A stretch of 64,000 nt of DNA from an uncultured virus (IMG/VR IMGVR_UViG_3300046007_006189) (taxonomy: Duplodnaviria; Heunggongvirae; Uroviricota; Caudoviricetes): IMG/VR virus record IMGVR_UViG_3300046007_006189; one strand, 5' to 3'. Shown piece by piece: positions 38,297 to 46,850 of the stretch. The notes beneath the pieces were generated by a model that did not search any database, was not told the DNA's origin, and saw only the letters and a list, made by a program, of their open reading frames with translations. The number at the start of each line of letters is the position of its first letter. Within the stretch, counting starts at the first letter, position 1. Position numbers and translations under genes: made by a program.

Positions 38297-38858
38297 CTTT
38301 TACTACTTCATAATATGTGTATGAAAATGTAGCAGTAGACATTAGATTATCTACATCTTGAATAGAAACATCAAAATCCAAACCAGATAGACTAACTGGA
38401 TAGACATCATAAAATTTAAAAGTCATTATTGGTTTATATGCACTATTTAAAACATATAAACCTGCCATTGATGTTTTTTGTTTTTCTATTAATCGGTCAG
38501 ACATACCATCATATGTGCCTAGATTAATTAACCAATTGTGTATTTCTTTCCAATTTGTCATTTCCTCATCAACAGAAAATCCAATCTGTAGATCTTCGTA
38601 TACTAATTGAGTTCCAGGCCTGTTAATATTAATTGATGTTGGATTTGATTGTACTGATTGACCAAAACCAATTGACGGTATGTTTGCTCTTTGACAAAAG
38701 AACGTCATAGAAGGCAATCGATTCATAACAAATATAAACTTATTCCCTGTGAGAAAGTTTCTATTTGTTGGCTGAAACTCATTTTCTATGAGTAGATCGC
38801 CTGGAAGTTTTTCACGAAAGGAGGCAGGTAATTGATTTAAGTAGTCTACGAATCCCAT
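38283..38858 (-). CDS. g3: Tail completion/tube terminator gp3-like
   Basis: NFL....F.F...R.P...FFCQ.ANIP, YEDL...F.VDE...NW.EI..W, F.D..PVSLSGL.FD; lies immediately after g23. Confidence 0.85.
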   Translation of the reverse strand: MGFVDYLNQLPASFREKLPGDLLIENEFQPTNRNFLTGNKFIFVMNRLPSMTFFCQRANIPSIGFGQSVQSNPTSININRPGTQLVYEDLQIGFSVDEEMTNWKEIHNWLINLGTYDGMSDRLIEKQKTSMAGLYVLNSAYKPIMTFKFYDVYPVSLSGLDFDVSIQDVDNLMSTATFSYTYYEVVKEDLY

Positions 38859-38863
38859 ACAAG

Positions 38864-38871
38864 TATTTATA
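38864..38871 (-). promoter_or_regulatory. T4-type late promoter TATAAATA for g3
   Basis: Exact consensus 5 nt upstream of the g3 ATG. Confidence 0.75.
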
Positions 38872-38902
38872 AAAGAAAACCGGGAGCATTTCTGCTCCCG
38901 GT
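38871..38902 (-). terminator. Rho-independent terminator after g23
   Basis: 10-bp perfect stem accgggagca/tgctcccggt with a 4-nt loop, followed by TTTCTTTT on the minus strand. Confidence 0.9.
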
Positions 38903-38929
38903 CTTCGTGAACTCAGTTGTTCAGATCAA

Positions 38930-40360
38930 TCAGGGATTACCACCGAAGTAACCACCAGTTTGACCGTGCAGGTTCTTGACGCTAAACAGTCTGTAGTAGA
39001 CGTTCGAGGAAGCATCTAGACCATCATTGTTACCAGTGATTTGGGTTCTGCCCTTAGCGAATGGATTTGCAACCATTCCGTAACGGGTCTTGAAACCAAT
39101 CTTTGGTTGGAATGTATCTTGCGATACTGCACGAACCATTTGGAGCGGAACATATGGGCAGTAGAACATACCGGCGTCATATGGGGAAACTCCCTTATAA
39201 CCAACGAGGCAGAAGTCAACACCTTCGGCAACGAATGGGTCAATGTAAACCTTGAACTTACCATTCAATACACCGGCGAAGACGTTTCCTGTATCGTCAA
39301 CATTCAAATTGGTGTTGAGAGCAGGAGAGAGGTTCAAGAATCCACCCATTGCGAGAGCAGATGCGACATCGGCGCTGCAAAGGATGAAGTTACCCTTTCC
39401 TCTACGAGTTTGCTTGGCGATCAAGTTTGCTTCGCGTTCGATTTGGAACATCAAACCACGGTAGCGTTCTGCACTCCAACGACCATCGGAGTCGTTGAGA
39501 ATGTCGTATACACCGTTTCCACCACCAGAGAGGTCGGCGTTTGATGCACCCTTCTTCGCAATGAAGTAAACTGCGCGGATGATTTCGCGGTTGATTTCAT
39601 TGAGAATTTCTGTGCTGAGGATGTTTGCCAACTCAGATTCAGCATCAAGTCCGTGAACGGCCTTGAGGTCTTGTGCCAATTCTGTGGTGTATTCTGCCTT
39701 GAGGGCGCGTGTTCTTGCTTCAACAGCGACGCGCTCAATGCTGAATGCCATTTCACGGAATTGGTAGGTATCGTTAGATCCACCAAGATTTTCTGCTTGA
39801 CTGGTGAGTATTCCACGGAACTTTGTCCAATCTGAAATTTGTGTTCCAGAAGAATTGATTGGGGTGACGCCGAAGGTATGACCACCTGCGACATTGCTAC
39901 CCAACATGTTGGCGGCGCTGTAGGGGCCTGACGCGCCGGATGCACCAGAGAACTGGGCCCATGGCTCATCAAACATTGCTTCATCGCCTGTTTGTGACTG
40001 ATATCTTGATCTCATTGCGAAGATCAAACCTGTTGGTGCAGTCATTGGTTGAACGCCAGCGATGTCGTAAGCAACGACGTTTGGCATGGCGCGACGAACC
40101 AACGAAATGAGGATTGGGTCGTAACCGGCGAGATTACCAGCAGAAGAGGTAGCAGCAGAAACGCTGAATCCACCACCCATATTATTGGCGGGTGTTTCTG
40201 TGAGCATTTGCTCTTGGAGAGCCTTCTTTTGGTTCTCTAAGAGAACTGCGGTTACTCTACGCTTGTGTACATCTCCGATATTTGGAAGATCCGAATGATT
40301 TATAATTGGATCCCATTTTTCTACTAATGTGTCATACGGTGTTGTTGAATTAAAGTCCAT
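38930..40360 (-). CDS. g23: Major capsid protein gp23
   Basis: DPILISLVRRAMP, GVQPMTAPTGLIFAMRSRY, RALKAEYTTELAQDLKAVHGLDAE, FQPKIGFKTRYG. Confidence 0.99.
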   Translation of the reverse strand: MDFNSTTPYDTLVEKWDPIINHSDLPNIGDVHKRRVTAVLLENQKKALQEQMLTETPANNMGGGFSVSAATSSAGNLAGYDPILISLVRRAMPNVVAYDIAGVQPMTAPTGLIFAMRSRYQSQTGDEAMFDEPWAQFSGASGASGPYSAANMLGSNVAGGHTFGVTPINSSGTQISDWTKFRGILTSQAENLGGSNDTYQFREMAFSIERVAVEARTRALKAEYTTELAQDLKAVHGLDAESELANILSTEILNEINREIIRAVYFIAKKGASNADLSGGGNGVYDILNDSDGRWSAERYRGLMFQIEREANLIAKQTRRGKGNFILCSADVASALAMGGFLNLSPALNTNLNVDDTGNVFAGVLNGKFKVYIDPFVAEGVDFCLVGYKGVSPYDAGMFYCPYVPLQMVRAVSQDTFQPKIGFKTRYGMVANPFAKGRTQITGNNDGLDASSNVYYRLFSVKNLHGQTGGYFGGNP

Positions 40361-40378
40361 CTTTTTCTCCTTGTATAC

Positions 40379-40386
40379 TATGTATT
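40379..40386 (-). promoter_or_regulatory. Variant late promoter AATACATA upstream of g23
   Basis: Lies just 5' of the AAGGAG RBS; the same octamer occurs upstream of g18. Confidence 0.5.
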
Positions 40387-40404
40387 AATTTGTATTTTTC
40401 TAAA

Positions 40405-41400
40405 TTACTTTTTAGAATTTGTTAATTTTAACTGATTGCTAAGTGTTCTTGCATACGCTTCCATAATTGGATCAGAACCTGTTGGTTTTGTATTTGGTGT
40501 GGTTGTTTCCTCCGTAATAGAACCATAATTTGGTGCTAATGTGTTGTTGACACGATTATTCTTGCCAAAATAAGATTCTTTCAGAATTTTTACCTTGTCT
40601 GCATACTGTTCGACACTGTTAAATTCTAAATTTTCTGAAAGTTTTGCAAGTTTTTCTACTTCTGTGTCGGCCAAACCATTGCTGATTTCAATGAATGATT
40701 CAGCACACAGATGTGCGAGTAGTTGATTCTTGAGTTCCATGTTTTCTGCCAATGCTGAATTTGCGGCATTCTCCAATTCAGCATTTGCGGCAAACAGATC
40801 GTCTAATACATCATACTTCTCTTGGGGAACATCAATGAAACTGTTCTCAAACAATTCCTTTAATCCCAGAATGAAGTTTTCAGCGATCTCTGTGCGGAAA
40901 CCGTTTTCAATGGCCAACTTGTTTTCATTTGACCATTCTTCTACAACATAGGTCAGATATTGATCAACATGTTCAACTATAGAAGAAATGTTATTTTGTA
41001 ACTTCTCTTCGATAATTTCTTTTGTTGCTTCCAACATCGATTGCTCAATAATTGAAACTTTCTCGTTGAGTGCAGCAGTAAAGATTGTTTTAATCTTTTG
41101 TACAAACTCAGGAGAAGCATTTGCGCCCTCAAAGATTGCATTGAGTGCATCATTGATGTCTACTTCTAATTGTTCGTTCTGAGTCATTGCTTCCTCATCA
41201 TCTACTTCACCTACTTGTGAATTTCCTTGCATTTGAGCTGCTGCAGCTGCAACACTACCATTTGGTCTGAGTGTTGCCTTGTTTGCTTCTGCGTTATTAT
41301 TTGCTTGCAGTGTACCGAGTACTGCGCCTCTTCCGTTTGCATCGCTGTATAAACCCGGCGATGAGTAACCCATATCTGTTTGTTGTTTGTTATCTTGCAC
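40405..41400 (-). CDS. g22: Prohead scaffold protein gp22
   Basis: EF..K..TIF.AA, VD.YL.YVVEEW..EN.LAIE.G.RTEIAE.F..GLK.LF, K...LKESYF; GTG start after GGAGG. Confidence 0.93.
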   Translation of the reverse strand: MQDNKQQTDMGYSSPGLYSDANGRGAVLGTLQANNNAEANKATLRPNGSVAAAAAQMQGNSQVGEVDDEEAMTQNEQLEVDINDALNAIFEGANASPEFVQKIKTIFTAALNEKVSIIEQSMLEATKEIIEEKLQNNISSIVEHVDQYLTYVVEEWSNENKLAIENGFRTEIAENFILGLKELFENSFIDVPQEKYDVLDDLFAANAELENAANSALAENMELKNQLLAHLCAESFIEISNGLADTEVEKLAKLSENLEFNSVEQYADKVKILKESYFGKNNRVNNTLAPNYGSITEETTTPNTKPTGSDPIMEAYARTLSNQLKLTNSKK

Positions 41401-41469
41401 GATATATTTCCTCCACTTTTTGGCAATTATATTTAGTATAAACTAAATTTTCACAATACGATTGTGTAC

Positions 41470-42123
41470 TTATTTTGTTAATCTTTTTAAAATATGTGAA
41501 CCGAGCGGTGCATTTAAATTATGTTTTCTGTTATCAGCAGTAGTTTTACCGGGATCATAGGTATGAATTGTACTTACCATTTTATCCACAACTCCATTTG
41601 CAATGGCACTTGTTACTTTTCCTAACATACTCTTTTGACTAGAATCTTTAGGAAACAGAGTAGTTCCGGTGGGTGGAGTCGAAAGGTTTGCATTCATCAT
41701 CTTAACTCCGCGCACCCCTGCTCTTATTGCATTTTGTGCTCCCCTCAACGCTCCTATTGCAGATGATTTTATTGCCGCATTTCCGGCTGCCCCTGTATTT
41801 CTTACTCTCTGACCTTCCATTGATGAATAATCTTTATCACTAATAAATTTTCCCCCTACTCTGGGTCGAGGAGAGGTTCTATTTAAAACATTAGTGACAT
41901 TTTGATTTGCATCTGCCGCTACTTGTGCTGTTTTGCCTATGGTATTTACTGCTGCACGACCTGCACCCAGAGCACCACCTAAAAGTCTTGCGCCTGCTCT
42001 GCCAATTGCAGCTGCGGCAAACCCAGGCCGTGAAGCACGAAAGATTATTTCATTAAGTTCATGGTGTCTCTTCCATTCGTTGAACTTTTTGATTTCTAAT
42101 AAGTTTTCTTTACTGGTATTCAT
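41470..42123 (-). CDS. Hypothetical basic Ala/Gly-rich protein, possible internal head protein
   Basis: 217-aa ORF between g21 and g22; N-terminal L-x-E motifs (LLE, LNE). Confidence 0.5.
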   Translation of the reverse strand: MNTSKENLLEIKKFNEWKRHHELNEIIFRASRPGFAAAAIGRAGARLLGGALGAGRAAVNTIGKTAQVAADANQNVTNVLNRTSPRPRVGGKFISDKDYSSMEGQRVRNTGAAGNAAIKSSAIGALRGAQNAIRAGVRGVKMMNANLSTPPTGTTLFPKDSSQKSMLGKVTSAIANGVVDKMVSTIHTYDPGKTTADNRKHNLNAPLGSHILKRLTK

Positions 42124-42770
42124 TAAAGTCTTCTTAAGAAATCTTCAAATAATGAAATTGCTTTCTTTTCTAAATTTCTTTTAGATGTTTTGGTTAATTC
42201 TTTATGATATCCGTCAATTATTTTCTCTTTGAGAAGACCATTATCCCAGACCCATTCTCTTCCTTCCATTATACCATTTACAAACGCATTTGGCGCAGAT
42301 GGGTCTGCAACGATATCAATAGCAGAAAGAGAGAAATCGGGTTGAACTTCGTTTACTTCATTGACTTTCTTAAGAGAACCCATGCCTCTTGAAGAAACTC
42401 CCAACAAAGCACCTTCGTCAATTAGATTCTTTACAATGTTTCCCATCGGAGTTTCTGTAAGAATCTTTGCACGACCAACGAAATCATTTCCATTTTTGCT
42501 TAAATTGGTGATCATGTGAGAAACACGATCAAGATTTACTGTTGGGCCTTGTGGATGGTTTAGTTCACCAAGTGCTCTCTTCTTTACTATAAAGTTTTGA
42601 TGATATCTACCTATTTCGTTTTCTAAAATAGGCAGTGGATATTTTCTTCCATTACGATTTACGGTTTCTGCCTGAAGCATAACACCTTCGAGGAAGTAAT
42701 TTTTCTTTCCATCCTCACGAGACTCAACTATTGGTTTTACTGTTTCTATTGTCTCAGTTATTAGCTTCAT
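42123..42770 (-). CDS. g21: Prohead protease gp21
   Basis: MKLITE, NRNGR.YP, ALGELNHP, GVSSRGMGSL, DIVADPSAPNAFV.GIME. Confidence 0.98.
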   Translation of the reverse strand: MKLITETIETVKPIVESREDGKKNYFLEGVMLQAETVNRNGRKYPLPILENEIGRYHQNFIVKKRALGELNHPQGPTVNLDRVSHMITNLSKNGNDFVGRAKILTETPMGNIVKNLIDEGALLGVSSRGMGSLKKVNEVNEVQPDFSLSAIDIVADPSAPNAFVNGIMEGREWVWDNGLLKEKIIDGYHKELTKTSKRNLEKKAISLFEDFLRRL

Positions 42771-42779
42771 TTGTTTACC

Positions 42780-43295
42780 TTAAATGTTTTGGTTCATAAA
42801 ACTTTCAACTACTTGTTGAATTTCTTCTTGTGTTAATTCATAACCAGATTCTTTTTCAATTTGTTCGATGATTTGGTTGAGGGTTTCTTGAAGTTCTTCT
42901 TCGGTCAAGGACTCATAGACTTTTTTCTTTCCGTCTTCCTCGTCTTCTTCCTCTTCGTCCTCATCTTCTTCCTCTTCTTCCTCTTCTTCCTCTTCCTCGT
43001 CTTTGTCTTCTTCCTCTTCGTCCTCGTCCTTTTCTTCCTTCATGTTTCCAGAAATCTTTTCTCTACGATTCTTTAAATACTCGTCGGATTCATCAGAATC
43101 GCCGTCGTTGTCTACGTCTTCGTCCTCGTCGCCAACTGGATCCATTTTTTCATTGAACACAGACGGAGCAAATTCAACTAATTGTTGCTCTAAGAGCTTT
43201 CCCATCTTTTCGTAAAGACTAGATTGAATGAGTTTTTTGCCCTCTATTAAATTGTTATTTAAAATGCTGTTTACTGCTTTTTGTATATTTGACAT
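42780..43295 (-). CDS. Highly acidic prohead core protein (gp67/gp68-position analogue)
   Basis: Between g20 and g21; DVDNDGDSDESD motif and a long poly-E/D run. Confidence 0.7.
   Translation of the reverse strand: MSNIQKAVNSILNNNLIEGKKLIQSSLYEKMGKLLEQQLVEFAPSVFNEKMDPVGDEDEDVDNDGDSDESDEYLKNRREKISGNMKEEKDEDEEEEDKDEEEEEEEEEEEDEDEEEEDEEDGKKKVYESLTEEELQETLNQIIEQIEKESGYELTQEEIQQVVESFMNQNI
42930..43040. repeat. Low-complexity (TCT/TCC/TCG)n tract encoding poly-Glu/Asp
   Basis: tcttcctcttcttcctcttcttcc... Confidence 0.9.
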
Positions 43296-43318
43296 GGTTT
43301 TCTCCTATTTCTATATAT

Positions 43319-43326
43319 TATTTATA
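43319..43326 (-). promoter_or_regulatory. Late promoter TATAAATA
   Basis: Exact consensus at the g20 stop, upstream of an AGGAG RBS. Confidence 0.7.
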
Positions 43327-44908
43327 TTTGCTCAGATTGATTTTCGCCTTCAGGATTCATCTGCTGTTGCAACATTTGTTGCTGCATAATTTTTGCCTGT
43401 TCTTCTTCAATTTCCTGATTCATTTCGTTGATTTCCTCGTCGGTTTGTTTCAGGATATGTTTACGAACCCATTTTGCAGAGAAGAATTGATTTGTGTAAT
43501 TTGCCATTACATTTAACATATCAACCTTTTCTCTCATTATTTCATTTTCCTTCAGTTCGTTGAAGTGTGAATCTTTATTCCAATCAAACCGAATGTCTTG
43601 TGCCAAATTATTCCAGTCATTTTCGGTCAATATACCCTTTAATAGACATTGTTTTTTCAAAAGATCTAGGAATAAGAATGAGAATCTTTTTCTGAGTTTT
43701 TCTATAAACTTAAAGAACTGGACTTCATCTCTGGTAATTTCACCTTGTCTTCCCATATTAAACCCGGTAGAGGTTTCAAGTCTGCTTATAGGAACATTCA
43801 ATGCTCTATAAACTTTCTTGAGAAGATAATCAACATCGTCCATTTGACCCAGATTTTGTCCACCATCTAGTAATGATATCTCGGTTCCACGATTTCCATC
43901 TCTTCGGGGAATCCAGAAGTCCTCAAGCATGGACATATGATTTCTTTCATCTTTAATCTCTCCTGATTTTGAATCATATGTTATTTTATTTCTATACTTG
44001 TTCATCAAACTAGAAATGTATTGCTCTGCTTTTTGTTTAGGCAGATTACCAACATCGACATAAAATACTCTACGCTCTGGTGCTCTTGAAATTCTGTAAA
44101 TAACAACGGCATCTTCTATTTGCCGTAACATATTTACTGGTCTTACTGCTTTTTGCAGATATCCAATTACTCTTTTACTTCCGCTATCAACTACGCCCGA
44201 GTGGACATAGCAGATAGAATCTACTGATATTTTAATACCAGCAGTTGTTGTTGGTGTTAGCGAGTCTTTATCCAGATCAGTATAAACATAAAATTCTTCA
44301 ATGTTTTTAACCAATGCTAAATTAACATGGTTTACATTTTTAACTTCTTTTTCAACTTTTCTGACCTTTTGAATCTTTGTAGGATCTATGGATCTGAGTT
44401 GTTGTATGCCCTTTTCTGGATTTTTTGTGTCAATGATAATATGATAAAATACTTTAGAATCGATATACCATCGTCTAAAAATATCATCTGCTTTATTGCT
44501 AAAATCTAAAAGTCTTTGGACATTTTTAAATTCTTGATGTATTTTTGTTTTGATATTATCGGATATATTGTCAATATTATCCAAATCCAATTTTACACAA
44601 TCATATTTGTCATCGAATACGATTGAGTCATTTACTATATCTTGAATTGCTCTATCAACTTCTGGATATAAAGCCAATGATCGATATTGCTGTATTTGGG
44701 TGTTCTCTTGTATGAGAGCACCACCAAAGTCAAAATACTGACTGAAAAAACCACCACCCTCTACGACATAGGTTCCATCGTAGTCTTCGGGTGCAACAAA
44801 GGAGGGCTGGGACTTAGGTGGTTCCAGCCCTCCAAATTCGTTGTCTTTCTGTTGAGATTCTTGCTTATCTTTTTTAAATGAAAAGCCAAATATATCTTTG
44901 AAAGCCAT
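43322..44908 (-). CDS. g20: Portal vertex protein gp20
   Basis: FRRWYID, IEDAVVIYRISRAPERRVFYVDVGNLPK.KAEQY, MLEDFW.PRR.G.RGTEI..L.GGQNLG. Confidence 0.99.
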   Translation of the reverse strand: MAFKDIFGFSFKKDKQESQQKDNEFGGLEPPKSQPSFVAPEDYDGTYVVEGGGFFSQYFDFGGALIQENTQIQQYRSLALYPEVDRAIQDIVNDSIVFDDKYDCVKLDLDNIDNISDNIKTKIHQEFKNVQRLLDFSNKADDIFRRWYIDSKVFYHIIIDTKNPEKGIQQLRSIDPTKIQKVRKVEKEVKNVNHVNLALVKNIEEFYVYTDLDKDSLTPTTTAGIKISVDSICYVHSGVVDSGSKRVIGYLQKAVRPVNMLRQIEDAVVIYRISRAPERRVFYVDVGNLPKQKAEQYISSLMNKYRNKITYDSKSGEIKDERNHMSMLEDFWIPRRDGNRGTEISLLDGGQNLGQMDDVDYLLKKVYRALNVPISRLETSTGFNMGRQGEITRDEVQFFKFIEKLRKRFSFLFLDLLKKQCLLKGILTENDWNNLAQDIRFDWNKDSHFNELKENEIMREKVDMLNVMANYTNQFFSAKWVRKHILKQTDEEINEMNQEIEEEQAKIMQQQMLQQQMNPEGENQSEQI

Positions 44909-44939
44909 AATATAAAATTCTCCTTGTAAGTTACTCTAG

Positions 44940-44947
44940 TATTTATT
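44940..44947 (-). promoter_or_regulatory. Late promoter-like AATAAATA upstream of g20
   Basis: Match at the g19 stop, upstream of an AAGGAG RBS. Confidence 0.6.
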
Positions 44948-45530
44948 GTCCGGTTGGGTTCCCAACTCCATCGCCTGGTTCCCAGAAATCATATGCCATC
45001 GTCACTGTAAACTCAGCAAAGGTGTCCGTCATGTCATATGACATATCAATTGGCGAAATATCTATTGGAAAACAGTGTCTAAGTACATGAGATTGTGTGT
45101 GTCCGCTATCGGAATCATTTGATACGGAATTTACCACATCTCCATGATAAACTATCCAATCTGATGTTAAACTATAATCTAATATATGCGATTCACGATG
45201 ATTCATCAAATTTATCCACGTTTCAAATGTTTGTTTTAACACCTGACCGGGGGTGGATGAATCATATATTTGAATCGACCAATCCGCATATGTTCTTTCA
45301 CCAGAAAATTTAACAATTCTGCCCTGCCAAGCGACGGGTATTACACCTATGCTAGATCCGGGTAATGATGTCGCTTTGCAATAAACATCAAATCTTGAAG
45401 TAATATCTGATGCTGGTTGATTGCTTACATTTTGTGTAGTCACTGCTGCCGGAAAAGAACCAGAAATTTTAAATCTATTTGGTCTTGTTCCGAAAAAATT
45501 GTGTCTAAAGTCTCTTATTCCTGTTGCCAT
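44943..45530 (-). CDS. g19: Tail tube protein gp19
   Basis: RPNRF, CKA.SLPGS.IG.I.V...GR....G.RTY.DW, FP..IS.ID.SYD, EFTVT..YD.W. Confidence 0.92.
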   Translation of the reverse strand: MATGIRDFRHNFFGTRPNRFKISGSFPAAVTTQNVSNQPASDITSRFDVYCKATSLPGSSIGVIPVAWQGRIVKFSGERTYADWSIQIYDSSTPGQVLKQTFETWINLMNHRESHILDYSLTSDWIVYHGDVVNSVSNDSDSGHTQSHVLRHCFPIDISPIDMSYDMTDTFAEFTVTMAYDFWEPGDGVGNPTGQ

Positions 45531-45571
45531 TTTTGTTCTCCCTTATGTTTGTGCTAAATCTTTATAATCAA

Positions 45572-46792
45572 TCATAGTGGACTTGACAAATTCTTGTTTG
45601 TGAATGTCAGTCTTACATAATTGATTGCGGTTACTGGTTTGACCAAGATATCAGCAACGAATATTCTTTGTTGAATCAAATCGGGGGTGTTATTCGAAGA
45701 ATCACAAATGATCTTATAATCACTTACTCCTCTTTGGCCTTTGATTTGGTTCAATGCACTATCCGCAGCAAGACGGAATCTTGCTCTGGTGTTTTCATCA
45801 TTTTGCTCAAAGAGTATTGCTCTTGCGACAGGAGACAATAGTTTTCTGAGGAAGATGAATAGTCTAGAAACATTGATTCTAGAAAGAGTAGATGTGTCTG
45901 AAGCTCCGGTCTTGTCACCAAACAATATGGTTCCTTCGCCTGGGAATGTAACTACTGGATTAATTCCGGCATCAAACGCTGTATCTTGTGCTGCATCTGT
46001 TAGATTTTGTTCTATACGAACAACATTTAGAATTCTACCGCGGATTCTGCCGGCAGGGGAGAACCAAGGATAGAAGTCTCTGTCGGTTCTAGCAATGCAT
46101 CCTGCAACATCGGCAGATACGTTTGTTCTGATCAAATTTCCGGCGGTATCAAAATGTAACTTATGACCCCATGTGTGGACATATTTGTCTGTTCTATAGT
46201 TTGCGTTTGCTCCACCAATTGCGGTGGGAACTGCATCACCTGTTCCACATAGAACACCAATTGCAGAGAAATCTGTGCTAGACTTTGCATCAATAACAGT
46301 TCCGACATCAATAATGTGGTTATCTGAGGTGCCACCGTGGAACATAACATCAAAATCTATTTCATTTGGTTGTAAAGATGTATAAACATTTACTGTATTT
46401 GCAGATGCTCCAGTACCACCAACATAGCAAGAAGCGCCATATTGCAAGAAATTATGAACCGCCCACCATTCTTGTTGCCATGAACCAGCAGTAGCATTTG
46501 CTGCGGAAATAAATGCAGCTGCAGATGGGCCGATAGAAGCAGTCAATGTTGCTCCTGTCATGCTAACTGGGGCCGCGGCATTTGTATTATAAGTATAATT
46601 TCTTAACCGGGTAAACCAGTCATTTATATCGTTTGTAAATAAATAACCTTGTTGTCTTTCTGTAGTTACGCCCATTCGGGTCAAAAGACCGTTGCGAGAA
46701 ACTAATGCTCCTACTGCTGGTCCTAAAACCTCTCCAAATGGAGGTGAAAGTGATTCGTCTACTATTCTTACTGTAACATTTGGTCTTGCCAT
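45572..46792 (-). CDS. g18: Tail sheath protein gp18 (short form)
   Basis: PWFSPAG..RG.I, INPVVTFPGEG.ILFGDKT, RINV.RLF, LFEQND..TR, CD.SNNTP..I. Confidence 0.93.
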   Translation of the reverse strand: MARPNVTVRIVDESLSPPFGEVLGPAVGALVSRNGLLTRMGVTTERQQGYLFTNDINDWFTRLRNYTYNTNAAAPVSMTGATLTASIGPSAAAFISAANATAGSWQQEWWAVHNFLQYGASCYVGGTGASANTVNVYTSLQPNEIDFDVMFHGGTSDNHIIDVGTVIDAKSSTDFSAIGVLCGTGDAVPTAIGGANANYRTDKYVHTWGHKLHFDTAGNLIRTNVSADVAGCIARTDRDFYPWFSPAGRIRGRILNVVRIEQNLTDAAQDTAFDAGINPVVTFPGEGTILFGDKTGASDTSTLSRINVSRLFIFLRKLLSPVARAILFEQNDENTRARFRLAADSALNQIKGQRGVSDYKIICDSSNNTPDLIQQRIFVADILVKPVTAINYVRLTFTNKNLSSPL

Positions 46793-46829
46793 TTTATCTT
46801 CTCCTTGATAAAGTAATATATGTCAGTGA

Positions 46830-46837
46830 TATGTATT
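46830..46837 (-). promoter_or_regulatory. Variant late promoter AATACATA upstream of g18
   Basis: Same octamer as upstream of g23; intergenic and 5' of an AAGGAG RBS. Confidence 0.5.
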
Positions 46838-46850
46838 GTTTTTTATATTT

